A stretch of DNA of 63,828 nucleotides, the filler included, from Sphacelaria rigidula (Eukaryota), in NCBI GenBank assembly GCA_964200075.2. It is 3 parts of 3 records of this genome, joined end to end, with 100 filler letters (N's around TTAATTAATTAA, not from the genome) between each part and the next. Parts side by side here need not be neighbours in the genome. Positions count along the whole stretch, not along the records: positions 21,323 to 42,544 come from CAXNAA020000453.1; 2 more parts are not named here. The stretch is one strand, 5' to 3'. Each line of letters opens with the position of its first letter. Positions within the stretch are counted from its first letter, which is position 1. A model generated the notes under the pieces. The model was not told the DNA's origin, ran no database searches, and worked only from the letters and a program-made list of their open reading frames with translations. Below are positions 21,923 to 34,900 of this stretch, piece by piece. The position numbers and the translations under genes were made by a program.

Positions 21923-22377
21923 GCTGACTGTGCGCAGTACACTTTTAACATCGTGTTCGTACTGTGACTGTAGAAATATTTATTCTTTGTCCACGGTTGG
22001 ATACATTTTCATATGATGCAGGGTCTGGTACATCTCCACTGATAATGTAACGGAGGGTCTAGTACATTTCCACATGTAAATGTATGTAATGTTACTCAGT
22101 GATATCGTGAAAAACATCCGCAACATCTGGGTAAATGACAGGTGAGGCAATCGCCGAAGCCGAAGAATTCACCTGCAAACCCTGCGCCAGTGCACTGTAA
22201 GTTGATACCGCTAGGAGGATACCACCATAACCACCTTGCCGGCTGCCACACTGTCAGGACGTAGGATCCCTCAGCATTGCTAGTGTCTGTACGGGGATGT
22301 TGCTCCCTTGTCGGGTACGTTTCGGAGCATGATACTAGATGTAGATCATCTTTGTACATGGGCACCAAACGCTGGGT

Positions 22378-22487
22378 CACGGGTGGCCACTGGGTTGCCT
22401 GTAACCTCAAGTTTGGACGTTACAGACCTTGTGCAACGTCTGCTACATCCAAATTTGAGGTTGCAGGCACCCCAGTGGCCACCCGTG
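22378..22487. repeat. 110-nt near-perfect hairpin with a minimal loop
   Basis: cacgggtggccactggg.tgcctg.aacctcaa.tttgga pairs with tccaaa.ttgaggtt.caggca.cccagtggccacccgtg. Confidence 0.85.
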
Positions 22488-22969
22488 GGGTTCTCGCTCA
22501 AGACTTCGATTTGGAGGATGATACTAGGTCGGCAGCAGCAACTGCTGTGTGTCCAGGTGCCCCGTGGAGCAAGATGCGTTTGGTTTCTCTTTGACAAAGT
22601 TTTCCTCCAAAAAGCGAAAATAATCGGAGTTTTAGAGTGGAAAAATCTAGCAAAACAAATGTCGCAAGAATCGAGTCGCAGAAACCAAGTCGCAATAACC
22701 AAGTCGCGAAAAACCAGTTAGTCGAACTTTTACCCGCAGCAGAAACCAATTCCGCTTTGTGAAATTGGAATTGGAATACATTACAGTACGAAGACGGTAC
22801 CAGACAGCACCAGTACTGCAAGAGTCGTCCCCGCATGTTTGCGTGAGTTTTCGGAAGACTCCGGCAGTGCCCACTGCAGTCAGCGGACAATACAGGACAG
22901 TGTAGAACACCACACCACAGTACTGTACAATCTGTACAGCGGACAAATTACAACAGTAGTACGAAACCT

Positions 22970-23460
22970 TTCATATATACGGCATGAATCGTAGGTACAT
23001 ACTGTATATCTCGCGTTTATTAACGCACATGCTTTCCACCTTGCAGTCTTGCAGCATGAATCAGAGGTTTATGTGTCCACCTTCCATTCATACGAGGTGA
23101 ATCAAGCGTACACGTATCTTCCATTTATTCATGCAGCACGAACTACGGGACACGTTCCTCACCTTCCACTCATACGGGGTGAATCAAGCGTACATGTTCC
23201 CCAACTTCCGTTCATGCGGCATGATTCATACGCACATGTTCTCTGCCTTCCATCCATACGAGGTGAATCAAGCGTACATGTTTCCCAATTTCCATTCATG
23301 CATGGATCATACGTATATGTTGCCCACCTTGGATTCATGCGAGATTAATCATGTGTACATGTTTCCCACCGATGGTTCATTCAGAAATTGTGACTAGTAC
23401 ATATCTTGCACTCTAGATTCGTGTGACACTACTTAGAGTTTACACACTTCCTGCTCGTGA
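22970..23460. repeat. Degenerate minisatellite, ~41-bp monomer / 83-bp dimer
   Basis: ggtgaatcaagcgtaca recurs near 23096, 23178 and 23262, with related intervening units. Confidence 0.8.
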
Positions 23461-25830
23461 TTCGTGTGGTACGACCTTGAACTTACAATAAGCACATCAT
23501 CCGTGATTCATAATGGGTCACTCTTTGACAGAGCAATGCTACGGTAAGGGTTGCACGTTTTTCGCGGAAACGTTTGTCAGGGCTGCTCGGTGTGTTGGAC
23601 GGTTCATTTTGTGAATCGGCATCATTTTTACTCGAAACAGACTTGTAATGGTGCCGATTATCCAAAAGGCCCCTTGCGTGCAAACACCATGTTTCTGGGG
23701 TCCGGTCCCCGGAGGTATGGGTTGCATAGTAAGCCCCATATATTTGGGCTCCCACTAAAAGAGACCGAGAAACAAAAAGTGTAACCCCTGCCTTAGCGAA
23801 GCTCGACACATGATTTTCATCCATTCATCATCAAGAATCAATCTGTATGAACTCTGATTCGTACGAACCGTACAAGATTGCCTGCATTACTCGCAGATGG
23901 ATTTTCTTTTGTTCGCATAACACCGGTGTTCAACACAACATGGATTATTCTACAGCTCATGATAGATCCCACCATCCACACAATCCATAAAAAATCATAC
24001 ATCGGTACGAACAGCACATCCTACTGGAACTTGTACCCACCAATTCATTATCCAAGTATATATCAGACCTATCCGAACTCTGTCCAACGGAAAAAAATGA
24101 AATATATATATAGAACACAAGAGACAGAAGAGATCCCCACTTAATGGCAACATTTTTTCATATACTCCGATTCGATCACATTTCGATATCGTATATTAGG
24201 GCTGGAACGTGCTGCGACTGCCCAGACGATGAGACAGCAAGTCTGAGACATCAAGAGTTTGAAGTAAAGTAATAGCTATGAACAAAAGCGAACTACGTGA
24301 AATAAATTTGATGAAGTAGTATTTATTCGTACGACGAGCATTGCTATCGACTTCGCTACTTCAGTAAAAAACGCTTATTCCCCACTGTCCAGGTACGTTC
24401 ACGCGAACTCGTAGACGATCTCAGTAAAGGTGGTTGAACATGCTTGAACATATACCTTGTTCACGTGAAGACCTAACGCTTACGCAAACCTTAACCCCAA
24501 CACAAGGCATACCGGAAACCATAGAGCAAGAACGGTAGATATAACGTTATCTGCGAAGTGTGCGTCAGCAGAGCTCGATTCGGCGCCGAACGCCCCCTGA
24601 ACATCCGAATGTGGCAGTGTACAACCGGAGCAAATATATGTTCAATCGATGGGTGTTAGACCAGCTTGTAAATTCTGCTGCGTCCGCCCTCTCTCATTTT
24701 GGTTCTCTTTGCCTCTTGAGCGGTATTAGTAATATCGCAATATCAACGAAGTGGAACGGTTTGACCCAAAACACAACACAGCAGCACAAGTGCGAAGGCT
24801 TCGTTTGTGCTGTTTGTCACCACACACGTCCCGAGATGCTCGCCATGTTGTTGCAACAGTCAGTTGTAGGCATTCAGAATCAAGCTGACGTCAAAATCAA
24901 ATGAGAAACGCCCAAGAGTGCCAAAAGAGGCCGTCAACCAATCATCGACCCGCTATCAAGAAACTATAAAACAAGCTTTGCCTGACTTTCATATTCAATG
25001 CGAGCGGGAAACTGCAGTGTTTATACTGATCAAATCACACTCGGGCAGTGCCCACCCTGGAGACCTTCTAAACTTTTTCGAAATCCCAAGCTGGTTTTCT
25101 GGAAGGCCGCTTCCTTGAGAGCGCGGTGATACTTTGCATCGAGAACACTCGATTCCACGTCCTGAAAAATGCCATTTAGGGCCTGTATTGACGCGGCTCG
25201 AAAAACAAATCGCGAAAAATCTTGCAAACATCTGCAAAAACTAATTTGGCAATTTACGTCCTGCGATCAAGTATCTGTTACCCTGTGATTTGTAGCTGTC
25301 ACCCGATCATCACGCGCGAATCGTAGAATTTTCTATTGTCACAGGATTGTTTAGGTCTTGCTGAGACAAATCCTTGGGCCAGTCCATCGATGCCATGCGT
25401 AACTGCATAAGGGAGGTCTCTCGAGTTTCCAGGGACTGAAATGTGCACCAAAAAATACTGGCCTGGCAAGTGCTCGAAACGCACCATAATCTTGTCTGTA
25501 CAACACATCAACGAGGATATACAGTTGTACAAGGTCACAAGTAACCACGTAAATGCTCGTCCAAACCACACTTCTCCCAAGAGGGATAATTTCCAGGGTA
25601 TACCGACAAAGAAAATGAAACAAAATGTGAACATGAGTACAAAAGGCACTACAGTACCACAACGAAGGGTCCACCCGAAAGCGCAAAAAAGAAGGCAAGG
25701 GGCATTGAGCCAATAGCATGTACTGCGACAACTGCAGATACCCGGAGAAGCAAAGGATTTCTGGACAGAGGATGTCGGGAGGAAAGAACCCATGGAAACC
25801 CAGCAGAACGCGGAGTGAGAACGCTCATCA

Positions 25831-25941
25831 TCACAGCTCCTCGCCCCACCCCATGCCAGCAGCGTCACGCCCCACACTTGTATCGTCCGCGTCTATCGCC
25901 TGGCAATTATGTATAGCGTACCGCAGCCGTTCTTCCATTAT
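25831..25941 (-). CDS. HECT ligase terminal exon (IMEERLRYAIHNCQAIDADDTSVGRDAAGMGWGEEL*)
   Basis: Acceptor ttcag|ATA, phase 0, typical HECT C-terminus, stop TGA at 25833-25831. It is not in the ORF track in this frame. Confidence 0.85.
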   Translation of the reverse strand: MMEERLRYAIHNCQAIDADDTSVGRDAAGMGWGEEL

Positions 25942-28900
25942 CTGAACAGAGCACAGCACGAGAGTAGCAGGTGACGACGACAGAAAATCATCAACGAAAT
26001 TAGTTTTGTGAAGATTGTCCCGTTACAGAACACCCTACGGAAGCTATCTTCTGCCCTTGAGACATGCGCCTACTACGCTTTGAAGGTTTCTCACAGTCAA
26101 TTTGACAGTGCTATCTCATTGACTGCCAGCCTCGTCTCGGAACACTTTGCCGGCCAGGGGTTTCCAGGGTTGGGTGTGGCTTTTGACGAGGAGGTGATAC
26201 GAGTTCCCAGATCACCCGAAGAGCTTCCGAAGTTCACCATGCGTGTTTCCAGGATATTTTTATAACGGCGAAAAACATCAAATCTCGGCGAAAGTAAAAA
26301 AAAAAGAGGGGGTCGACGGACCAACGAGAAGCAGCCACACGATGGGCTACGTTCTATCACAGATTGCCTACTATTGCCGGCCGGCAGAACAGGCATATTT
26401 TATTGTTCTTACGGGACAACGCTTGAAACTACATGAGTTTCTTTCAGAGTATTCTCCGACATGCGTGGCCTCTACACTGTCAAGGGACCCCACCCGACAA
26501 CAGCGTAGTAGACTGTGCAGCGAGAAGCGGCGAGACACTGTGCAGTTTAATCTGGCCATTTATTGACTGGGCACAAGCGAACTACGCGTGACCGCACGGT
26601 GCAGTACAGTGCAGTACATCCCTGTACATCGCAGTTACAATGATCCCAACCGGAAAACAACGTTCCGTCCTGCAGCAAAAGTACCAAGACGGGGAGAAAT
26701 ACCCGGAGAGGATGTGTGGGTGCGTGCTGTTTGACTGTCCCCGCAGTCCATTGCGGTAGCGAGACTACAGCACCACTTGCAGGAACATGAGCCCGGCGAG
26801 GTATTGTAGCGCAATACTGCACGCCGAGCAAGGGAAGTAGCTCACCTGTTGAACCAAATAAAGATCAGGGGTTGTTGGACACCCATTTACGCATTACTGC
26901 TCAACATTCACTCTTCATACAAGTAGGTGTCATGTGTACAATTTAATCCTAGTTCTCGCCGAGGAAATCTGGCCAAGGGTGGCGGTGAAAGGGTTTCAAG
27001 ATGTTTGAATCATCCATCCACACACGTCCGAAGAAGGGTCTGACGCTGGGTGTTCCCTCGAGAGTACATCTTCCAATTATGTACAAACATACCTGGCGGT
27101 TGCTGTAGCGCGGCAGCTCCAAACTCCAAAAGCACGTGTGAGCCACGGGCAGGTATGAGTCCGGAGGGGTTCGAGAAAACGCTTGGAGTTTAAAATGCTG
27201 CTGGAACTGGGAGGCATTCATGGGTAGTCGCGACCTTCCCCATGTGAATCTGCCCATTGAATTGAAGAAAGAACGAGAGGAATATAGAACGCCATACAGA
27301 CATGCAGAGAGGAGGAAGATATATAGGTATAAATACAAACACAAAATTGAGTTATCAATGAAGGGAGAGGATCGGATCTGATGCGGTTACCTAGGATGGA
27401 TGCCTCCAGATTTCATCCGACACGCGTTTGGGCACGCGCGCCGTTCTGCGCCATATTTCGCGCCCGATATGTCGTTTGAGATCATGACAATGCTACTGAT
27501 GCCATGCTACGGGGCGCCACAAAGACTTGTCATCGCGTTCTCTCAGCGCTTCATTCATCTACTCATACCCGCTTGCCCCTAGGTTGGTGGGCGAAAATCA
27601 ACCGCCCACATGTCACCTTCACAACGGTCACCGCTCGTTTGATGAATCGATTTGATCGATCTGACTCTCATACGAACTGATCCACCACGAGTGCGGTCGA
27701 GGACACAAAACACACGTACGCAAGAGAAAATGAACCGTAACAAGTGCTAAGGAAGGCTGGAGTAGGGGGAAAGAGAGAACAAACAGCAAGAATAGACGAA
27801 AAAAGCGAAACAAAACGAAGGTATAGTGAGATGCGTCGGACTTGTAAGTGCCAAGAGCCGAGAAGGGGAAATCCCTTCAAAAATGCACGCTACACCATAC
27901 ACCAGTCTCCTCTCCGCAGTAGCACATCCGCGTGGGTCACTGCAAATGTTTGTCCCTGAAACATGGGCGCTCGCCGTGTCCTGGTAGAGCATTCGACGAC
28001 GGTGGATTTTGAGCCCACAACCAAGCAGTCTACGACTTAGTCAAAAGCGCCTCAAGCACAGTAGCGGCAAAAATTCCGTAGCTCGTCAACATCACACCTC
28101 AAGAAAAGCGATTGTTCTTTGGCCGAGAAAGATCTAAGCACGTCCCAGAACGCCGTGATGTGCGGGTCGTGGCGGTTGCAGAGGCTGTACTCCGTGCATG
28201 CCTCCAAAAGATCGATATCCACGTCCGTGGTACCGCATACGAGAACCTCTAACTCGTCCCACGAAAAAAGGCGGAGAAGATGGCAAGGCACGACAGATGC
28301 CATACCGCGTCGGATAGCCTCAACCTGAGCAAAACAACCACAAGAGCACAAAAACGAAAACCAAGAGAGCACGATCACCATTATCGAATCGACGCTTGAG
28401 CTTGGAGAACCGCGCGAAGCCCTAACGGCAGCGACGCCACAGTGGCTGCAGCAGCGTGTTTCTCCGTAGACTTGAGCCAACAGCACGATTGGAAAACTTC
28501 TTGGTCTCTCCCGATCCAGCTTCCTCTCTCCCTCCTCACATTGGAAACCGCTCAAAAAGGGTTAGGAGCATCACCAACAGCCGCCATCACTATATCAGCA
28601 CTAATAATGGCAGCGTCTTGACGCGCAGAGCTACGGCGGGCGGGCATCTAATAAACATAAAAGATTATCCAACTTCCATACCGGCACGTGGAACTCCTGC
28701 ATCTTAAAAGCCTCCGTCATCTCGGCAAGCTCGATCCGATTTTCCAGAGTGACATCTCTCGACGACCCACCCGAAGAATTTGGAAGCTCAACTCGCCGTC
28801 CATCGACCGTCACCACCTCGAAACCCCCGAGCTTCAGCTCTCGGAATTCTTCCTCTGTTGTGACACCGCGAAGGTGTATATTCCGGATGAATGCTAGGCT

Positions 28901-31900
28901 CTTCGTAAGGGCGCAATCGATAGCTTCTAGGTCGTCCCTGGTCAAGAAAACGACCAGTCAATGGAGGACCATGACTCACGATCAAAAGGGGGGAAAAAGG
29001 GGGGGACACCTACTTTTTTTCTTATCGTCTCAAAGCAGTCAAGGTTGCGCCACTCTGTCTGCATCTAGATACCAGATGATGGACGTCAGGTAAACGACGC
29101 GTTCCTTCCCTCGCTGTTTCAAACCTTCAGGCATCAGTCTCTGCTCACTGATCGATGTTGCTTGGCTTGCCATTGTCGATAGCAGAAGCTCCGGTGCTTG
29201 TTCGTTACGAAACTTATTTAGTTGTTCATTTATTTGGAGGAGGGGGGGGAGGGGGGGCAGCGACTTGAAGCAAGCGCCCATACCTGAGCATATGTCAACC
29301 AATCAAGACAAGTTGTTGGTCAAGGAAGGATCATAAAGGGTGGGCAATACTTCGGGGTGAAACGAGCGCAATTAATGATTCCCAGTGTATACCTGGCTTC
29401 CAACGGTGACAATCTGTCGTCGACTGTGTGTGTACGTAATGGTGATCCTTCGGCTGATCAGATGGATGTAATCATCGAGGTTGGATTCCATAAACTCCAA
29501 TTCAACCTCAGCCGTCGAAAAATCTCGGAGACTTCATAGACACCGCGTGAAGAGTCAAGCCGAACGGCATAGTCCGCTCATGCTAGACATGGTACTACAG
29601 TGCTTGTATCGCGATCATGTTTTCATTCCAAGCAGAATAACGGTGTATCCCAAGTAAACAACAGCAATCCTACTGAGCGGTCTTCCGCGGATTCAGCATT
29701 CAGCGTTTTGCGTGTGCCATTCGCTTTTTTTCTTTTATCCTCTTCGTCTACTCTTGTTTAAATGTTTTACATTTAGGATTTCTTTATTTTCTTCTGCGAG
29801 TGTTTTCATTTGGTTTTATCTCGGGTACGTCGATCATGTAGATAATGACCACGGCTGGATCATGACTGGGGGATAAATTGAAGTGCGACAAGTCAATCAA
29901 ATCAAGTTGGGGGATTGTACACATGAAGCATGAGATGGGTTGCACACGCCAACCCCATGCTAAATGTGGTACGAAGATGACTGCATGACGGGTACATGTC
30001 ATTGCATTTGTGGCATTTTACGCCATGTCATTGAGATGGCAGGCGGCTGTTGGGAAGATGGATGAAACGCTGGCACGGCGCGGGGCAACCAGGAAACCTG
30101 CCTGCACGACAAATGTATGCTCCAGTTAATGCTAATATCCTCGTGGACTTACCCCGTGATTGGCGAGCGCACAAGCTGCTTCCAGACAATCGACGGCAGG
30201 TCTAGGGCTAGGGGCTGCCTCGATCGAATCGCCACCCCCATCAACCGCCCAAGGAACGATAGCATCTCTGCATAACAAGCTCTGCTACTGCCCCCGCCGC
30301 CACCGCTGCTGCTGCTGCCGATCACGGCCGGATTTGGCACCCATTTCTCTCGATTGATGCCCACATCGTTGACCGCATTAGGACAGCGGACTAGAAGCGG
30401 CAGGGCGTCTGACTGGAGTTCGGCGCAGTAAACAGCAAAGGACTCGCGATACGGACCTTGAGCACACGGGGGTGGGGCGCGCGGTGTGGGGGAAGTAATA
30501 GTGATTGCGCAAAGCGGGAAAGGGGGTAGGGCACGGAATAACAGGAACGAGTGAGGGATGGTGAGGGGCTTGCTGAGATCCACGCACCTGCGTTCAAACA
30601 TTTGACCGCACCGAGTTTGTGAACCCTCTCATGTTGAAGCTGCCAATATTAGATAACGCCAATAATTGTACACCCACCGAGAAACGAAAAATATGAGCCA
30701 CGAGATATAAAGATGACGAGCGAGGACAACCCCTTCTTCCGTTCGGGAATATGCAAATCGTGTCGACATCACAGAAAAAGTAAACACACGTACCCCCGGC
30801 ATCATGCGCATGCTCCCCAACAAACACCGTGGTGTACAGTGCCTCTCCCGGTCGCAAACGAAAAGCCTCAATCGGCGCCTCGCGCAGCGCACGGAACGCC
30901 TGACCGAACAGCGTCTTCCTCTCTCCCTCTTCCGCGTCGTTTGATCCGATATTCCCTGTGCTGTGCATTCTTCGTGCCGCCCGGCCACGGTTCAGCTTAA
31001 GCTCCAACGGCAGGCTGCCGGAACCATCATGAGTCGGTGCATCTCTCGCCGTCCTCGCCAACTCGGCATGCCACAGCTCTAGCTTCAGCGGCGAGAAAAT
31101 GAGATGACGGCAACGGGACAGGAGGGCGGCCAGCGACCACGGTTGCTCTCCTTGAGAGAAATCAACATAAGGGAGCGCCTGCGATACACCATGGTTTAGC
31201 CGCTGCAACAGATGAAATCGTGCCGACAAGGTCGAGAGCTCGTTGAGACGTTGCTGCCACTCACCAAGTCCACCGCCGCAGTCATCTCGGCGTCTCGGGC
31301 GCGGCAACGGCAGGGCCGCTACAAGAGAACCAGTCGCGTCTACGGGCGTAGGCGGGATCTGCGCACCAGCGCTAGGGTTACCGAGGACGCCTATATGCCC
31401 TACCGACGCGTGCGACAGCAGATGAACAGGCCCGCGGGGCCGCTTTTTCACTTGTTCGCAGATGAGGTACGGATGGTTTGCGTAGCGTCCCCGCTCGCTG
31501 ATCCACCCTGCCGGCGTCGTCGCCGTCGCGATGCAGCGGTAGCGGACGACCGGGTCGATCCCGTTCCGGTCCGGCACTCCCGGTGACGTGTAGATCACCG
31601 CTCTGTCGTAGGGTACCACGGTACCGCAGGGGATACGACCGACGATGGCGTCCGTGTCTATGCTCATTCCCGACCGCACCGTTGCGCCGTGCGCTTGACT
31701 TACCACCTTCAGCCACCCAGACGGCCCGTCCCGTGGTGCAGTGCGCACGCCAAACGCAACCCTGCCTCGACCCCAGCTATCTCGGCACCGCGCGCGGACG
31801 GTAGCCGCCCGCCGCCGCCCGCTGAGCTCCCGGCAGCTGAACATGACATCCTCACCCGCGTCTATCACCGAGAAGGCAACTTCCATGCCTTCATCCACAC

Positions 31901-34900
31901 CTCCAAGGTAGGCCACAGCTCTTGGTTCTACGATATTCATGCAAGCATCCCAAGTCGTCGTCCTTTCGCCCGAGACCGTGGGGCAAGCCCGCGCGACGGC
32001 GAGGAGGCCATCTGCCGCACGGAAACCAAACACAAGCCCATCCATCAGCAAAGGAAGGTCATTCTCCATGAATGTTGATTCGGAATTCCTAGCGGTGTCG
32101 ACGGGAGTCCTACTACCAGCATGATGGGGAGCACTCGAAGTTGCTGCTGCTGCTGCTCCTGCTGCTCCTGCTGCGACGGTGGCGGCAGCAGCGACGAAGG
32201 TGTCAGCTTCCCTCTGCCGCTCGGAGCGGCGCTCGTCCGCGTCGATATTGGCGACAGAAGAAGGCACGATCCTTGTGTAACCGCTTGTCCTTGTGGTGAT
32301 CGTAAGCGTATCTGTCACCAGCCCGATTTTCCAATTGCCAGCAACCATCAACGACCTTTTTTCTCGTCCATCCGCTTCCCCAACACCGCCGCCACTGGCT
32401 CCAGTGAAGTCTGCAGCACTTATTAGTAGAGCGTCACTATCTCCTTGTAGCGGCACAGCAGAGAATGGTGATGGTAACTCTCTGCCGGAACCTCCCGCCG
32501 CCGTCACCCTACCCCCTCGGCTTAGCGGCTCCCAAAACTCCTCCAGAGCTACACTCTGGTCTGATGTCGTCGCCAACCTGCGGACTTCACCCCCAGCCGT
32601 CTCTCCAATGCAGTAGGCCCCCACGGAAAACCCATCGACAAGGCACCGGTCTGCCTCGTATAGTTCAATACCAAGCCCGGATCGTTCGCGGTATATACCG
32701 CGGCTTTCGGAGGTTGATAGCGCCAGCCAGCTCGAACGGCACCCCGGCCAGCCCACTTGTCGCCAGCCGGCAACTTCGGCCTCCGCCGCCATCGTACCTT
32801 CTTCGTCCTCCGACTGCCCCGGGACAGTGGCCTCTCGCGGCGGGAGAAGTTGGGCTATTTGACCAGGTGCAAGGCGCCACGACCCCGTCGCGGGAGAGAG
32901 CGGCAGGTCGTGCAACAATACACCGCCTGCCAGCGCGCTCGGAGCCACAGCGATCCATTCGTCGTTTCGCTCCTTCCACCTACCGTCCTCGTGGCCATCG
33001 GCACAACCGTGATCTACTCCGCTCTCTTTCCTCTCTTCCACACCACCTTGGGGTGACGGGGTCGCTGAGGGGAAGGTCTCCTCCGCCATTGAACGCTGGG
33101 TTGCGCCCGCGCCATGGAATATCGACGTACGCTCTATCGTAGACCCGCCCGGCGGTAGACCGGAGACGGATTGTAGTAACGGCCACGGTGCCAGGTCCAC
33201 GCGAGAAATTTTCATTGCCGCCCAATCACATGATAGAAGGGTCTCCTTCGACATACCCCGTCGCAACACCACAGCGTTGATACATCTGGAGTGATAGTGG
33301 CGCGGAATGTGGAACGTACTCGGGGTCATGATAGCGATGATGGGAGAACGGAAAGCATCAAGATGTCAGCAACCTGCAAGCACAGTGACAGCAAACAGTT
33401 TGATTTTCGACGCCGAACCGAACAAAGCATACATCCCGTAGTCCTGATATGCACGCGTTTGAGAGTCGCTCTGATGATATCGCCATCGAAGCAGTACCAT
33501 TCCTTGCCAAAACAAGCAAACAACCAGTGGCAATCAACACACTGCCGCAGTGGGTTTACCGGTTTCGGCCGAAAAACTCCGTCAACCTTCCCAGTTCATC
33601 TCGGTCCGACCGCCTAAAAGCCTCACACATGGGTCATACAGCCACCCTTGATACACCACAGTCGCCCCCTGATACCTGATTAGTTGGGCATTGACCGCGG
33701 GCGCTCGTGTCTGCTCTCCCCACATCAAAGACAAAAACTCCTTGAAGCGTTGTTGCAGCCACGGGTTCGAATCGCTTCCGATGCTCCTCGGGAACCGAGG
33801 AACCACCTTGGCACTGAAACCCCAAACGTTATGCTTTCCCATGAGTGGAGGCGCCAGCGGTACGCCCGCAGTTGCCTCGAACACGCCAAGGGCCCGGGCT
33901 GGGGGTAATCGTCTGTTGCCGCCCCCTCGATCGTTCTTGCCGTGCACTGAGCAAGCATCGGTTGCGCCCAAGACGTCGTTTGGCAGTCTTCGCAAGTCTC
34001 CATCGAGCTGGGCTGACGCGTCGAGCAACCATCGTCCAATGAGATCGGGCATGGTGGACGTCAAGCTCCCGTCTAGAAGGCCGTCGCTGGAAACATGAGG
34101 GAGGGGGGTGATGCAAGGCGCTCGTGATGTTAGCCGCTGCAGAATACGTGCCAGGTACCATTCTTTCATTGTATCAGTGGCCCCGGTGCTGTAAGATAGT
34201 CAGCATCGGACCTACTCTTGTTTGGTGGGAAACGACTCTTAAACCGTCACAAGGGATAACAGGTACGCATCTCTAGGTTCTGGCTATTTAGTGTTTCCTC
34301 TACATCAAAGCAATCCCATTCGTTTCTTGCGAGTATTTGCGTAGCGGGTTCTCAAATCCTGTGTTTCACGGCCGAAAAACCGTTTTTGGACCAACTGAGC
34401 TTAACGACGCGTTAAAATGAACGTTATTTTCCGCTGCATTCTACTAACAACACGGTCTTGGTGAAAACAATTATGGAACCGGTGGCTTCTGCACACGGTA
34501 CCGTCGGAGTATTTTTTACACGCGGCCCATATTGGAATAAATGCCCGCTCCTGCACAACCGTAACGGATACAAGTCGGGTTCTTGTGTACTCGCGTACAT
34601 AAAGCGGTGACAGAGGAAACACGACGCACCATCCTGGCGTTTCCTTACCGTTCCCCTCGCGCTCATGTGACAGTTCGAAACACGTGACGCTAAGCGTGCT
34701 TTGCACGCACAGTTTGAACGAGTCACGACGGGTCATCCCCTGTTGATTCGTCCTCGGGTCCGTACTGATTCGCGTGCAGTAATGCATATGCAGCGAGCGC
34801 AGTAAGCGTACATGGGTACATTCAAAAACTATTGACTCAAAAACGATGACTGTGGCGAAAAAATCAGTGGCGTAACCCCAGTTGCCCAATCGTATCAGAA

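Noticed and set aside
25299-25877. 192-aa minus ORF as a separate gene or a frameshifted HECT tail
   Set aside because: The HECT frame terminates normally at 25833-25831. This ORF is an out-of-frame overlap running into the likely 3' UTR.
29039-29302. Coding-looking minus ORF inside a HECT intron
   Set aside because: The flanking HECT exons join in phase without it and no domain was recognised.
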